From: Bacteriovoracia bacterium
GTDB taxonomy: Bacteria > Bdellovibrionota > UBA1018 > JBFWNL01
Assembly: GCA_050251055.1 (NCBI GenBank)
Contig: JBFWNL010000013.1
Span: 1-64,000 of the forward strand
Length of the DNA: 64,000 nucleotides
Direction of reading: 5' to 3'
In this document: piece by piece, positions 31,825 to 40,920 of the stretch
Layout of the letters: the number at the start of each line of letters is the position of its first letter
How positions within the stretch are numbered: position 1 is the stretch's first letter
Notes under the pieces: model-generated
Told to the model about the DNA's origin: nothing
The model's input: only the letters and a program-made list of their open reading frames with translations
Databases searched by the model: none
Program-made: the position numbers and the translations under genes

Positions 31825-32881
31825 TATCTATCTCGTAGTCATGGCCGGTGGCAGCGGCACGCGCTTCTGGCCAAAGAGCACCTCCAAGCGCCCCAAGCAG
31901 CTGATCCCGTTCCAAGACAAGGCCGAGCACACGCGCCGTCCGCGCAGCCTGCTCGTGCAGACTTTGGATCGCTTCGAAGAGTGGGTGCCGTCGAACCACA
32001 TGATGATCGTGACGACCGAATCGCTCGCGCCTGCGGTAGAAGACCAGATCGCGCGCGACGTGCGCGTGCTCGCCGAACCCCAGGGCCGCAACACGGCGCC
32101 TTGCGTGTACTGGGCCGCGCGGGAAATCGAACATCTCAATCCAAACGGCATCATGCTCGTGATGCCTTCCGATCACTTCATCACGCACATGGACGCGTTC
32201 ACGAAGACCGTGCAGATGGCCGCCGAACGCGCGGCGAAGCATGGCGAACTCGTGACTTTGGGCGTGAAGCCTACGCGACCCGAAACCGGATACGGTTATT
32301 TGAAAGTCGGTGACCCGATTGAAGGTGAATGCCGTAAGGTCGAAGCGTTCGTCGAGAAGCCTGACGCGAAGAAAGCCGAAAAATTCGTGTCGAGCGGTGA
32401 CTACCTGTGGAACGGCGGCATGTTCGTCTGGAGCGTGAAGAGTATCTTGGCCGCATTTGACGAATACCTGCCGGAATACCGCACGGCTTGGGACAAGGTT
32501 TCGGGCCACGTCGGTCGTGCCTATCCGGAACTCGCCGCCACTTCGATCGATTACGCGATCATGGAGCGCGCGAAGAACGTCGTGACCTATCCGCTGGATT
32601 GTGGCTGGGACGACCTGGGGAGCTGGGTTTCGTTCGATAACCGCGTGGGCGATCTCTGCGAGCGCACCGACGCGGGCATTGCGCTCTCGGGTAAGGTGAT
32701 CGGCATTGATTCTTCCGGTACCGTAGTGGACGCGCCTAATAAACTCGTCGCGCTCTTAGGCGTAAACGACTTGATCGTGGTTGAATGTAATGGCGCGATC
32801 CTCGTGGCGCACAAGGACCGCGCCCAAGACATTCGGCAAGTAGTCGATCGTGTGAAGAAGGCCCGGCCGGATTTAGCTTAG
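31799..32881 (+). CDS. manC: Mannose-1-phosphate guanylyltransferase
   Basis: MAGGSGTRFWPKS...PKQ, EPQGRNTAP, PSDH, PETGYGY, FVEKP, WNGGMF, SIDYAIME, GWDDLGSW. Confidence 0.93.
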   Translation: MAETSPKNNIYLVVMAGGSGTRFWPKSTSKRPKQLIPFQDKAEHTRRPRSLLVQTLDRFEEWVPSNHMMIVTTESLAPAVEDQIARDVRVLAEPQGRNTAPCVYWAAREIEHLNPNGIMLVMPSDHFITHMDAFTKTVQMAAERAAKHGELVTLGVKPTRPETGYGYLKVGDPIEGECRKVEAFVEKPDAKKAEKFVSSGDYLWNGGMFVWSVKSILAAFDEYLPEYRTAWDKVSGHVGRAYPELAATSIDYAIMERAKNVVTYPLDCGWDDLGSWVSFDNRVGDLCERTDAGIALSGKVIGIDSSGTVVDAPNKLVALLGVNDLIVVECNGAILVAHKDRAQDIRQVVDRVKKARPDLA

Positions 32882-33012
32882 CCCACCAAACACGTGTTCT
32901 ATCCGCGCCGACTGTGTCGGTGGTGACCCGTTAGTAAACGGGGGCGAACAACAAAACGGTGCATGTCTGCCCGCAGATAGAGTTTAAGCGCAGATTTCCC
33001 TATCCTGGTGAC

Positions 33013-34293
33013 ATGGGGAAATTATGGAAAAATATTTCATTTAAGACGGGCGGTTTTTCGCTCCTAGAAACGATAGTCACGATGGGCATCGCGACGTCCG
33101 TGGCCTATGCCATGATGAGCGCCCAAACGTATTTCCAACAAGGAATCGGCCATCAGGTGGATCGCTCAGAGTACTATTTGTTGCGCGCGGTGCTCAATAC
33201 GATGGTGGCAGGGTCGGGGGCGGAATGCGGAGCGATGTTCTATTCCCCGGCGGTAGGGAACCTGCCGATGGCGCCGGTACGGATTTCCGCCACGGGTTCG
33301 GCGAATTTTCCGCTCGAGATGGTGCGCGGCCCTTCGGGTTCGGTGAATGATGTCCTCGTGCGCCGGAGTCAAAGTCTTTCCAATTCCATGCGGATTAGCC
33401 AGCTTTCTCTCCAGCGTATCCAGACGATCAGCCCTAGCCGGGTCCGTCTCCGTCTGATCATGGACGGTGAACGCCAATTGCCCAACGGTGCGCGCGCCCT
33501 GGCAAGTTCGCGGGCGCCGATCGACTTCTACGCGCAACTGCGGCCGACGGGTGAAATCGACAGCTGCCAAGGCACGATCTCGGCGGGCGATTATATGTAC
33601 GCGTTTCACAGCCAAACAGCCACCGCTCCGGATTGCCCTTCTGGCTGGCAGGAGATGTGGAGCGGCTTTAGTTTTGCGGGTGGGATGGGCGGTAACGGCA
33701 GCCGCATGTCCCAGCAGCTTGACGATCCGGGTTCCTGTCTATCCGAGTTTCGAGGAATGCCCTTTGTGGAGTGTTCTATCTCGGGCGGGGGCCCGAACCG
33801 CGGGTATTGTGACTTAGAGACGAGTAACGACTTCAGTATGTGGCTCTCCACGGTACCGGATATCGATCAAGGCCCGATTATTGGTCCGGCCTCGACCGCC
33901 CTGATCCAGTCTCGCGTTAGCCGCTGTAAAGTTTGTGCGGGTCCGTCTCCGATTATCGCCATTCATAGCCAAACGACGACGGTCCCGGCTTGCCCGGCGG
34001 GATGGGCCGAGGTGCGGGCGCCGGGAGTAGGGGGGTACAGTTTGCTTGCCATGACGGGAGGAGATGGCGGGTCTAACCAAAATCTCAGCCGAATGGGCTC
34101 TTGCGTGGGAGAGTTTCGCTCTTTGCCTTTTATTGAGTGTCACGGCGATAACGGTCAAAACGCTCGATGCGACTACATGACGGGCAACGACTGGTCTTAT
34201 TACCTGTCTGCCCGAGACGGAAATACCGGGGCCCTGTTCGGCCCAAATGCACCTTCCATTGTTTCTAGGTGCAACGTCTGCGTTCGCCAGTAG
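33013..34293 (+). CDS. Type IV prepilin-like protein fused to a tandem collagen IV NC1 (C4) domain
   Basis: GG|FSLLETIV class III signal; C-terminal ~33592-34290 has two repeats of HSQT..P.CP.GW...G[FY]S...Q.L...GSC..EFR..PF.EC...C....ND.S..LS...VSRC.VC (6 Cys each). Confidence 0.88.
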   Translation: MGKLWKNISFKTGGFSLLETIVTMGIATSVAYAMMSAQTYFQQGIGHQVDRSEYYLLRAVLNTMVAGSGAECGAMFYSPAVGNLPMAPVRISATGSANFPLEMVRGPSGSVNDVLVRRSQSLSNSMRISQLSLQRIQTISPSRVRLRLIMDGERQLPNGARALASSRAPIDFYAQLRPTGEIDSCQGTISAGDYMYAFHSQTATAPDCPSGWQEMWSGFSFAGGMGGNGSRMSQQLDDPGSCLSEFRGMPFVECSISGGGPNRGYCDLETSNDFSMWLSTVPDIDQGPIIGPASTALIQSRVSRCKVCAGPSPIIAIHSQTTTVPACPAGWAEVRAPGVGGYSLLAMTGGDGGSNQNLSRMGSCVGEFRSLPFIECHGDNGQNARCDYMTGNDWSYYLSARDGNTGALFGPNAPSIVSRCNVCVRQ

Positions 34294-34308
34294 GTAACCC
34301 AAGGCCGA

Positions 34309-35490
34309 TTATTTGGTATGGCCCGCGCCTTTTTGCTCGTTGGCGGCGGCGATGGCCTTGGTAACGCGAAGGAGTTTGAAGGTCTGGACGAACTCGTCAC
34401 CCTTGACGGTCGTCACTACGTCGTCCGCACCTTTCATGCCCGGGGCGGAGGCGAGTCTCTGGGTCACGAGTTCGTTGAATTCCTCCAGACGGAACTGTTC
34501 TTTTCCGTTGGCGCCCAGCTCTTTTTTCCGGATTTCTCCGATATTGATCGTGACCACGCCGGTGGCCGCGTCTTTTGGATAGTTATTGATGTGTTTGACC
34601 ATCAAACCCATGATGAGAAACGCTTTGATGGAAACGTCCATGCGCTTGGAAGGTTCGACGAGATTTTGCTCGTTGGTGAAGGAGATGAACTGCTCGAGCA
34701 TTTCGAAGTCCTTCAGGTAGATTTTGTTCTCGCCGTTGGTGTCGGTCATCGCGAGGACGCCGACTTGAGCCAGCACGTCGAGCATGCTCGTGACCTTGGC
34801 CACCGGGACCTGCATGATTTGGTTGGCGTAGCGTTGCAGGAGTCCAACCCGAACCTCGGTTCCCGCGGCGGACTTTTCGCCGTAGCGCGCGGCCACGAGT
34901 AGAATCGCGCTGCAAGTTTTCAACACGTCCGACGTCCCTAAATAAATATAGTGAGCGCTGCGCTTACCGTCTTTCCCAACATCATATGACGTACTGGCGG
35001 TTTCAAGCTGGCGAATGCGCGTGCTTGCCGTGCGCATGCGGCCGACGACCGTCTTGAGCAAGAGCTTCAGCCAGTCGGGGATCTTCGTCATGGTGTCGGC
35101 AAACGTCTGCGACGAAACTTCCATGAGCTCGCAATTGGTTAGCGCTTCGGCCGAAGCGGAGCGAGGCTGGCCGTCAAGGAACGCGAGCTCGCCCAGGATT
35201 TGCCCGTTTCGGATGGTGTCGATCTCAATCTGGGCGTCCCCCTTCTTTTTGAAGATGCGGATCATGCCCGTGCGAAGGAGGTACATGGCGCGCGAGTTCT
35301 CGCCTTCGGCGAAAAGCAGCTCACCCTTATTGAGCTTGCGGATCTGATTGGGAGAGGCGGGCGCGGCGACGCCCATGGGCTTGGCCCCGGAGGAGGCCGG
35401 TGCCGTCGGGGCCGAAGCAGGCGCAGTGGTCGGGGTAGCGGTGGCCGCCGGCGCTGCTCCTGGTTTCGGTTGTGGCGCGTTCGCTCCCAT
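34309..35490 (-). CDS. Cyclic-nucleotide-binding (Crp-like) protein
   Basis: LFAEGE, MYLL..G, GELAFLDGQPRSASA; Pro/Ala-rich N-terminus. Confidence 0.85.
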   Translation of the reverse strand: MGANAPQPKPGAAPAATATPTTAPASAPTAPASSGAKPMGVAAPASPNQIRKLNKGELLFAEGENSRAMYLLRTGMIRIFKKKGDAQIEIDTIRNGQILGELAFLDGQPRSASAEALTNCELMEVSSQTFADTMTKIPDWLKLLLKTVVGRMRTASTRIRQLETASTSYDVGKDGKRSAHYIYLGTSDVLKTCSAILLVAARYGEKSAAGTEVRVGLLQRYANQIMQVPVAKVTSMLDVLAQVGVLAMTDTNGENKIYLKDFEMLEQFISFTNEQNLVEPSKRMDVSIKAFLIMGLMVKHINNYPKDAATGVVTINIGEIRKKELGANGKEQFRLEEFNELVTQRLASAPGMKGADDVVTTVKGDEFVQTFKLLRVTKAIAAANEQKGAGHTK

Positions 35491-35491
35491 G

Positions 35492-37846
35492 TTACTTGCT
35501 CGTCATCTTCCAGCTGCCGTCCCAGTCTGCTTCGGGCGGCTCTTGTTTAAATCCCTCACAACGCTCGATGTACATCGCGCAGGGGCCATCGGCTTCTTCC
35601 CTCACCCGGCGCAGTAAGTGATCGGCTTCTTGAAACTTGGCGATCGCGGCGTCCCAATCGCGTTGGCGATAAAGCGCGCGCGCCTCTTCGAACACTTTCA
35701 TGCCGGCCTCCGGCGCGTCGAAATCCATGAGCTGGATGAGCTCCACGGCGTCGTTCTTGCCTTTCACCTTCACGAAGTCCAAGGTTCGGTATTGGGGTGG
35801 TTTTTCGCCGCTGGCTTCGATCTGATCGATCGTGTTACGCGTCACTAAAATCGATGCGCCGTAGTACTTGGTCAGGCCCTCGAGGCGGGAAGCCAGGTTC
35901 ACGTGATCGCCGATGACCGTGTAGTTGAAGTTCGTCTTGGAACCCATGTTTCCGACGTTCACCATGCCGGTGTTGATGCCGACGCCGACCTGTACGTCGA
36001 TGCCGTATTCCTTCAGGTACTTCTCGTGATCGCGAATCAGGGTTTTTTGCATCTCGACGGCTGCCCGGGCCGCGTTCGCGGCGTGGGTTTTCTGATCGAG
36101 CGGCGCGCCCCAAAAAGCCATGACGGCGTCCCCGATAAATTTGTCGAGCGTGCCGTTCGTCTTGAAAACGATGTTCGTCATCGATCCCAGGTAGTCGTTT
36201 AGGAAGGTGGCCAGGTGCTTGGCGTCCATTTTCTCGGACATTGTGGTGAAACTGCGGATATCGGAGAACATGATGGACAGCTCTTTTTTATCTCCGCCCA
36301 GGGAAAGCTTGCTCGGATCCTTCGCGATGGTTTCCACCAGCGCCGGGGAAACGTACTTGCCGAACGCGCTTTTGATGAACTTCTTATCTTTCTCTTCCAT
36401 CACGTACTTAACGGCCAGCGTCAGCAGGAAGATGGCGAAATATTCGGTATAAAGAAGACTCGTATTCCAGTTGATGTTCTGGTTCGCGAAAAGCAGTTTG
36501 AAATCGATAAAGCCAAAGCCGCCGATGAAGGCGATGAAAAGCACGAGCGCGGGGACGGCTTCTAGTTTTTGGGTGTAGTAGGCGAACACCAGCGCGCCTA
36601 CGATCATCAAGGCGAAGATGAGAATGAAGGCGTTACCGACGGTCGTGTTGACCATGGCGTCGTCGCTTAGCAGGTTGTCCACGATGTTGGCGTGACCCTC
36701 TACCCCGGCAACGTTCGAATCAAAGGGAAAGGCGCGCATATCGTAGATGCCCAGAGCCGTGGGACCGACCAGCACCACGGCGTCCTTTAAAATGTCGGCA
36801 ACCGAAGCCCCCGCGGTAGCCGGGGTGGAGGCGAGCGCCCGGGCTTCGGGATTGTCCCGGCTTTCGAGCTCACGAAGCATATCGACGATGGAAACGTAGG
36901 GAAAGGTGCGACGGGGACCGCGGAAATTCACTTCCATCACCCCTTGGGGCGTGACGGGAAGGTGTCGACCGGACTTCTTGAAGGAGATCGCGCTCACTAA
37001 CATCTGATCGTTCATCTCGACTTGAATTTCTTCGTCCATGGCGACGCGAGCCGCTTCGAGGGCAAGCGTTGGAAAGGGTTTTCCATGGATCAAACGAAGC
37101 AAGGAGATGCGGCGCACGTACCCATCTGGATCCGGGTCCACGTCGAATGTTCCCGCGTAACGTGATGGATCCTGGAATATGGGAATATTTCCAAGCAGGG
37201 AGTAGACGCTCTGCAGTGGGGTTTTCGTGGGATCGAAATGAGCCGGCGCTTTGAAGTCCTGAATGGCGTACTTTTCAAACCCTTCGGGCACGATCGTCTT
37301 GTCAGGCTGGTTGACGATTCGGCATTCTTCGCTCGCGTCGTACGCCGGTTGGCAGTGGCCGTTGGCGGCCCAGCCTAGGATCATGTGATCGCGGTATTTC
37401 AAGATGGTGTCCGCTAAAATGGGATCGGTTTCAAAGGCGTGGGCCGCTTCGCCCAGACCCTTTTCTCCCAGAAAATTCTTCACCTCGTCCGAGGTGCGAG
37501 GATCGGGTTCCGGGAACATGATATCGAGCGCGACGACCTTCGCGCCCATCTTAAAGGCTCCGTCGACCACCATGCCGATCACTTCGCGGTGCCACGGCCA
37601 GCGTCCCAGGATTTCCAGCGAGTTGTCGTCGATTTCGAGCACGACGACTTTGTGTTGGGGTTTTCGGGGGCCACGCACCTGGAATTTCAAGTTGGTGAGC
37701 ATCCCGGAATAGGTGCGCACCCAGGGAAAGAGTTTTTCCCGGAGAAAGCTGTTCTGAAGATTCCCCAACTCACCTTGTTGCACGACATAGAATCCAAAGG
37801 TGAAGAGCAAAATGATGGGGATTTGGTACAACCAAAGCTTCTTCAT
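35492..37846 (-). CDS. CHASE2-domain class III adenylate cyclase
   Basis: IDD.SL..LGRWPW, DPDGYVRR, GVEGHAN, 3 TM, FSDIRSFT, DKFIGDAVMAFWGAP, TVIGD.VNLASRLEG. Confidence 0.93.
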   Translation of the reverse strand: MKKLWLYQIPIILLFTFGFYVVQQGELGNLQNSFLREKLFPWVRTYSGMLTNLKFQVRGPRKPQHKVVVLEIDDNSLEILGRWPWHREVIGMVVDGAFKMGAKVVALDIMFPEPDPRTSDEVKNFLGEKGLGEAAHAFETDPILADTILKYRDHMILGWAANGHCQPAYDASEECRIVNQPDKTIVPEGFEKYAIQDFKAPAHFDPTKTPLQSVYSLLGNIPIFQDPSRYAGTFDVDPDPDGYVRRISLLRLIHGKPFPTLALEAARVAMDEEIQVEMNDQMLVSAISFKKSGRHLPVTPQGVMEVNFRGPRRTFPYVSIVDMLRELESRDNPEARALASTPATAGASVADILKDAVVLVGPTALGIYDMRAFPFDSNVAGVEGHANIVDNLLSDDAMVNTTVGNAFILIFALMIVGALVFAYYTQKLEAVPALVLFIAFIGGFGFIDFKLLFANQNINWNTSLLYTEYFAIFLLTLAVKYVMEEKDKKFIKSAFGKYVSPALVETIAKDPSKLSLGGDKKELSIMFSDIRSFTTMSEKMDAKHLATFLNDYLGSMTNIVFKTNGTLDKFIGDAVMAFWGAPLDQKTHAANAARAAVEMQKTLIRDHEKYLKEYGIDVQVGVGINTGMVNVGNMGSKTNFNYTVIGDHVNLASRLEGLTKYYGASILVTRNTIDQIEASGEKPPQYRTLDFVKVKGKNDAVELIQLMDFDAPEAGMKVFEEARALYRQRDWDAAIAKFQEADHLLRRVREEADGPCAMYIERCEGFKQEPPEADWDGSWKMTSK

Positions 37847-37918
37847 CTCTTGGCTTATCGGTCGGTATTGAAAGACGGATTAATCGCGACGCCAAAGCGT
37901 CAGCCGATTGACTGGCGC

Positions 37919-39601
37919 TTAGTGCCAAAAGCAGCGGAGGGCGGTATCGCGGTATTCTTTCTCGAACTCGCCCAGCGCACGGATCACCACGTGGGGTTCC
38001 TGATCGACGATCAGAAGATATTGAGTTTCGCGGCCATACCCGAGCGTGAGCCAACGCATCTGCTTGGAAGGGTTGACGAAGAACATGCCTCCCACGTCGA
38101 CGTAATATACGGCTTGGGACACGTCGCCGATTCGCTTCAAGATGGGCTGGTAGGTTCCGGGTTCGGCTTCTTCGAGCGGCGAACCATTGGCCCGGAGGGT
38201 AACTTGGAGGGTGTCGTAAGTCTTCGCGTTGAGCGGTTGATGGCGTAGACGGTCTATTCTGACGCCGATTTTCAATTCCAATATTCCATCCCGCGCTTTT
38301 TTTGCATCGAAGTGACAGCCAATTTCGTAATATTTTTCCGGCGCCTCGTTACGGAAGCCGAGCACGGAGTCGAGGACCGGGTTCAGCAGGTCCGCACCGA
38401 TGGGTATTGGATCAAAACGCGTGATTTTTTGGCGCTCGGCCAGGCGATCACGGGTGCGGACGGCATCGAGCTCCGCATAGATTGGCACCGCGTTTTCCAT
38501 TTTTTCGGTCTGTAGCCAAAACCCGATCGTCGGTTGGCTCTCCCAAAGCATTCCGGGCGGTGGGAGCGTAACCGGTTTTCCGGCGCGCAGATCGTCGCCC
38601 CCGTCGGCTTTGGTCCCACCTCCCCCGTCGGCCTTGGTGCCTCCGCCCGAGGGTGGGCGCGTGGGGATGATTTCCTCGCAGCCGTTCTTTACTTGGATAT
38701 AGGTGACGCCGTTTTTTACGCGCCAAAGGGATTCGTCAAGATTGCCGCCATCCGGATGCGTGAGCGCGAATTCGACCACGTTTTGGATGGTGTAGTTGGC
38801 GGAGAAATAGGAACGATCGAAATAGCGGTGGTACGCGCGGGTGAGGCCGACGACCGCGAAACCATAGCGGTGGAGCATCGGGACGTCCCGTTTGGCGAGC
38901 ACGGGCGACCCGCTCATCCCGGGCACGATGCGTGAGTCGGATTCCCAGCCGAGGAAATCGTCCGTCTGGAATCCGTTGCCGTGGCGCGCGTTTTCTCCCG
39001 GGCCCATGTGGGACCCAGAACCAATGAAGGTCTGCCGCGTGGTAAAAGGAAATGGTTTTTGCTTCACCCACGAAGCGACCGGCACGTAAACCTGGTGATT
39101 CAGCCTTAGCCATCCTTTGTCGAGGGCAACTTCGCCCTCCTGGGCTTCGCTCATAAGCCGATCCGGAATCATGCGATCAAGCTTTCGCCAGAGACCGGAA
39201 TCCACGATCGTGAAGTATCCTGGATAAACTTGGGGGAAATCATTCCCGGACCAGACGGCGAACACGGGGATTTTCGCATCCGCCGCGATTTCGATGAGCT
39301 CCACGTCATTCATGCGGTCGGCCCAGCGCCGGTGGGCTAGGGGCTGAAGGGTTTTGCGGCCGGACGTCATTTTCAGTTCTTTTCCCTGCGAAACGTGGGC
39401 TGCGGTCAGGACTCCGAGGCGATTGAGTTCCTTCCCCCACTTCACGACGATACCGGTGCCTTGAATCGTAAAAGGCAGGCCGGTCTCGTCTTGCTCATAG
39501 GTGGACTCCACGCGCACCAAGCCGTCCGGATCACCCGCCCAGGCGGCGAGCGGAACGCCGCCGAGAGCAACCAGGAGTCCGAGGCAAGCCACGCGGATCA
39601 A
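37919..39601 (-). CDS. Secreted trypsin-like serine protease
   Basis: Signal peptide from TTG 39601 (overlaps upstream stop); triad LTAAHV / NDVELI / PGMSGSPV. Confidence 0.75.
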   Translation of the reverse strand: MIRVACLGLLVALGGVPLAAWAGDPDGLVRVESTYEQDETGLPFTIQGTGIVVKWGKELNRLGVLTAAHVSQGKELKMTSGRKTLQPLAHRRWADRMNDVELIEIAADAKIPVFAVWSGNDFPQVYPGYFTIVDSGLWRKLDRMIPDRLMSEAQEGEVALDKGWLRLNHQVYVPVASWVKQKPFPFTTRQTFIGSGSHMGPGENARHGNGFQTDDFLGWESDSRIVPGMSGSPVLAKRDVPMLHRYGFAVVGLTRAYHRYFDRSYFSANYTIQNVVEFALTHPDGGNLDESLWRVKNGVTYIQVKNGCEEIIPTRPPSGGGTKADGGGGTKADGGDDLRAGKPVTLPPPGMLWESQPTIGFWLQTEKMENAVPIYAELDAVRTRDRLAERQKITRFDPIPIGADLLNPVLDSVLGFRNEAPEKYYEIGCHFDAKKARDGILELKIGVRIDRLRHQPLNAKTYDTLQVTLRANGSPLEEAEPGTYQPILKRIGDVSQAVYYVDVGGMFFVNPSKQMRWLTLGYGRETQYLLIVDQEPHVVIRALGEFEKEYRDTALRCFWH

Positions 39602-40809
39602 GAGGTTTGCCTCTCCGCCGTCGGCATGTACTCCGAAAGCGAATATCGTCCTTGCCGAAACTGGATCAGCTCGGGATGACGCCGTTTCAGGCGGCTCAGC
39701 AGGACCTTGAAGCGGTTCTCGGCGGAAGCGTAGTCGATGCGGGTTCCGTAAAGCATCGCGATGAGCTCGTCTTTCGCGCGCGGGCCTTGGCCCAGTGCTT
39801 CGATCAGCTGCTGCTCGAGCGGGCGAAGGGGTTCGGTGACGGCGACGGGTTCGATTTGGCGGCGCCACTGCTCGACGCGCTGGCGCCAGGTGGGCTCCAA
39901 GTAAGCTTCGAGCTCCAGCGTGCGGCCCTGAAACGAAGCCTGCGTGAGCTGGCGGAGGAACTCGACGGCGGCCTGGACTTCCTTTAGCGGACTATGCGCG
40001 GTCTCTTGCAGGAGAATTTCGGCGGAGCGGGTTTGCCGAGTTTCTAGAAGCAGGTGGCACTTATGCGTAATGGCGAGGTAATGCTGGCTCGATCCGTTTT
40101 CCACGCGCAGTCCCGCGATGGCGAGATCGGCGTGTTTCAGCGCCAGGTCCATCGCGCGGATGAGTTGGTATTCTCGCGAAAGATTGAGATGCGCTACCCC
40201 CTCCACGGCGTGATTTCCGGCGCGCCGGGCTTTGTCGACCACGAATTGGTACTCGAGGATTAAGCGCGCGTCCATACGAACCCGGCTTTGGCTCACGACG
40301 ACATTTAGCCAGGCCTTGGCGCCCTTCTTGAGAGCTCCGCCCCGTTCGAAGTGATAGGAAGCTTGCCGGAAGGGCTGGAGAGCTTCGGCGGGTTCGAAAG
40401 CCGCCAGCGCGCGAAGCCCCTGCACGAAGTAGGCTTCCCCGATCCAGAGGTCGCGATCCGTTTTCGCGAGGGCACGGGGTGGGATTTTTTTTAAGGTGGC
40501 CACGATCTGGGAGGCGGTTTCGTGCCAGGCTTTGTTCGCCAGATCGACCGGAGATTCCTGGCGCAAAGCCAGGCGTAAACGCCCAAGTTCTCGCACGTAC
40601 GAGGAGAGCGGGCGATCGGCATAGTCTTCCAGGAAATGCGCGAGCTCGGCCGTTTCACCACGCAAGTAGAGAAGCAGCACGCCCGCATAGAACGGCAGGT
40701 CTCCGTCGTGCTCGAAAACGCGTTGAAGCTCAAGCAGCTCAAAGACGGAGGATTCCAGGGTTTGCGCGAGCAAATTCATAGCCGAATTCATAAATCGATC
40801 CGTGGCCAC
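39598..40809 (-). CDS. TPR-like protein with C-terminal winged-helix DNA-binding domain
   Basis: Helical repeats; C-terminus KDELI..LYG...NRFKVLLSRLK...I.F..GRY resembles an OmpR-type wHTH. Confidence 0.65.
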   Translation of the reverse strand: MATDRFMNSAMNLLAQTLESSVFELLELQRVFEHDGDLPFYAGVLLLYLRGETAELAHFLEDYADRPLSSYVRELGRLRLALRQESPVDLANKAWHETASQIVATLKKIPPRALAKTDRDLWIGEAYFVQGLRALAAFEPAEALQPFRQASYHFERGGALKKGAKAWLNVVVSQSRVRMDARLILEYQFVVDKARRAGNHAVEGVAHLNLSREYQLIRAMDLALKHADLAIAGLRVENGSSQHYLAITHKCHLLLETRQTRSAEILLQETAHSPLKEVQAAVEFLRQLTQASFQGRTLELEAYLEPTWRQRVEQWRRQIEPVAVTEPLRPLEQQLIEALGQGPRAKDELIAMLYGTRIDYASAENRFKVLLSRLKRRHPELIQFRQGRYSLSEYMPTAERQTS

Positions 40810-40920
40810 TAGAGCAGAATCCGTACCAGTTTTAAGTGCCGGAGGTGCGAATAGGCCCTAGGCTTCCAGATAGTTTAGGTGGGTACATCTCGGGTGGGGT
40901 GTCTACGTTCATGACAGGTG

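Noticed and set aside
32908-32940. Copy of the pilin operator upstream of the NC1 gene
   Set aside because: TGAC-N6-GTAAA and CCGAC-N3-GTCGG do not fit the N7 spacing or the -35 position
33013-34293. Eukaryotic contamination or a true collagen gene
   Set aside because: No Gly-X-Y repeats or introns; in frame with a bacterial prepilin module and flanked by bacterial genes (read-level check still advised)
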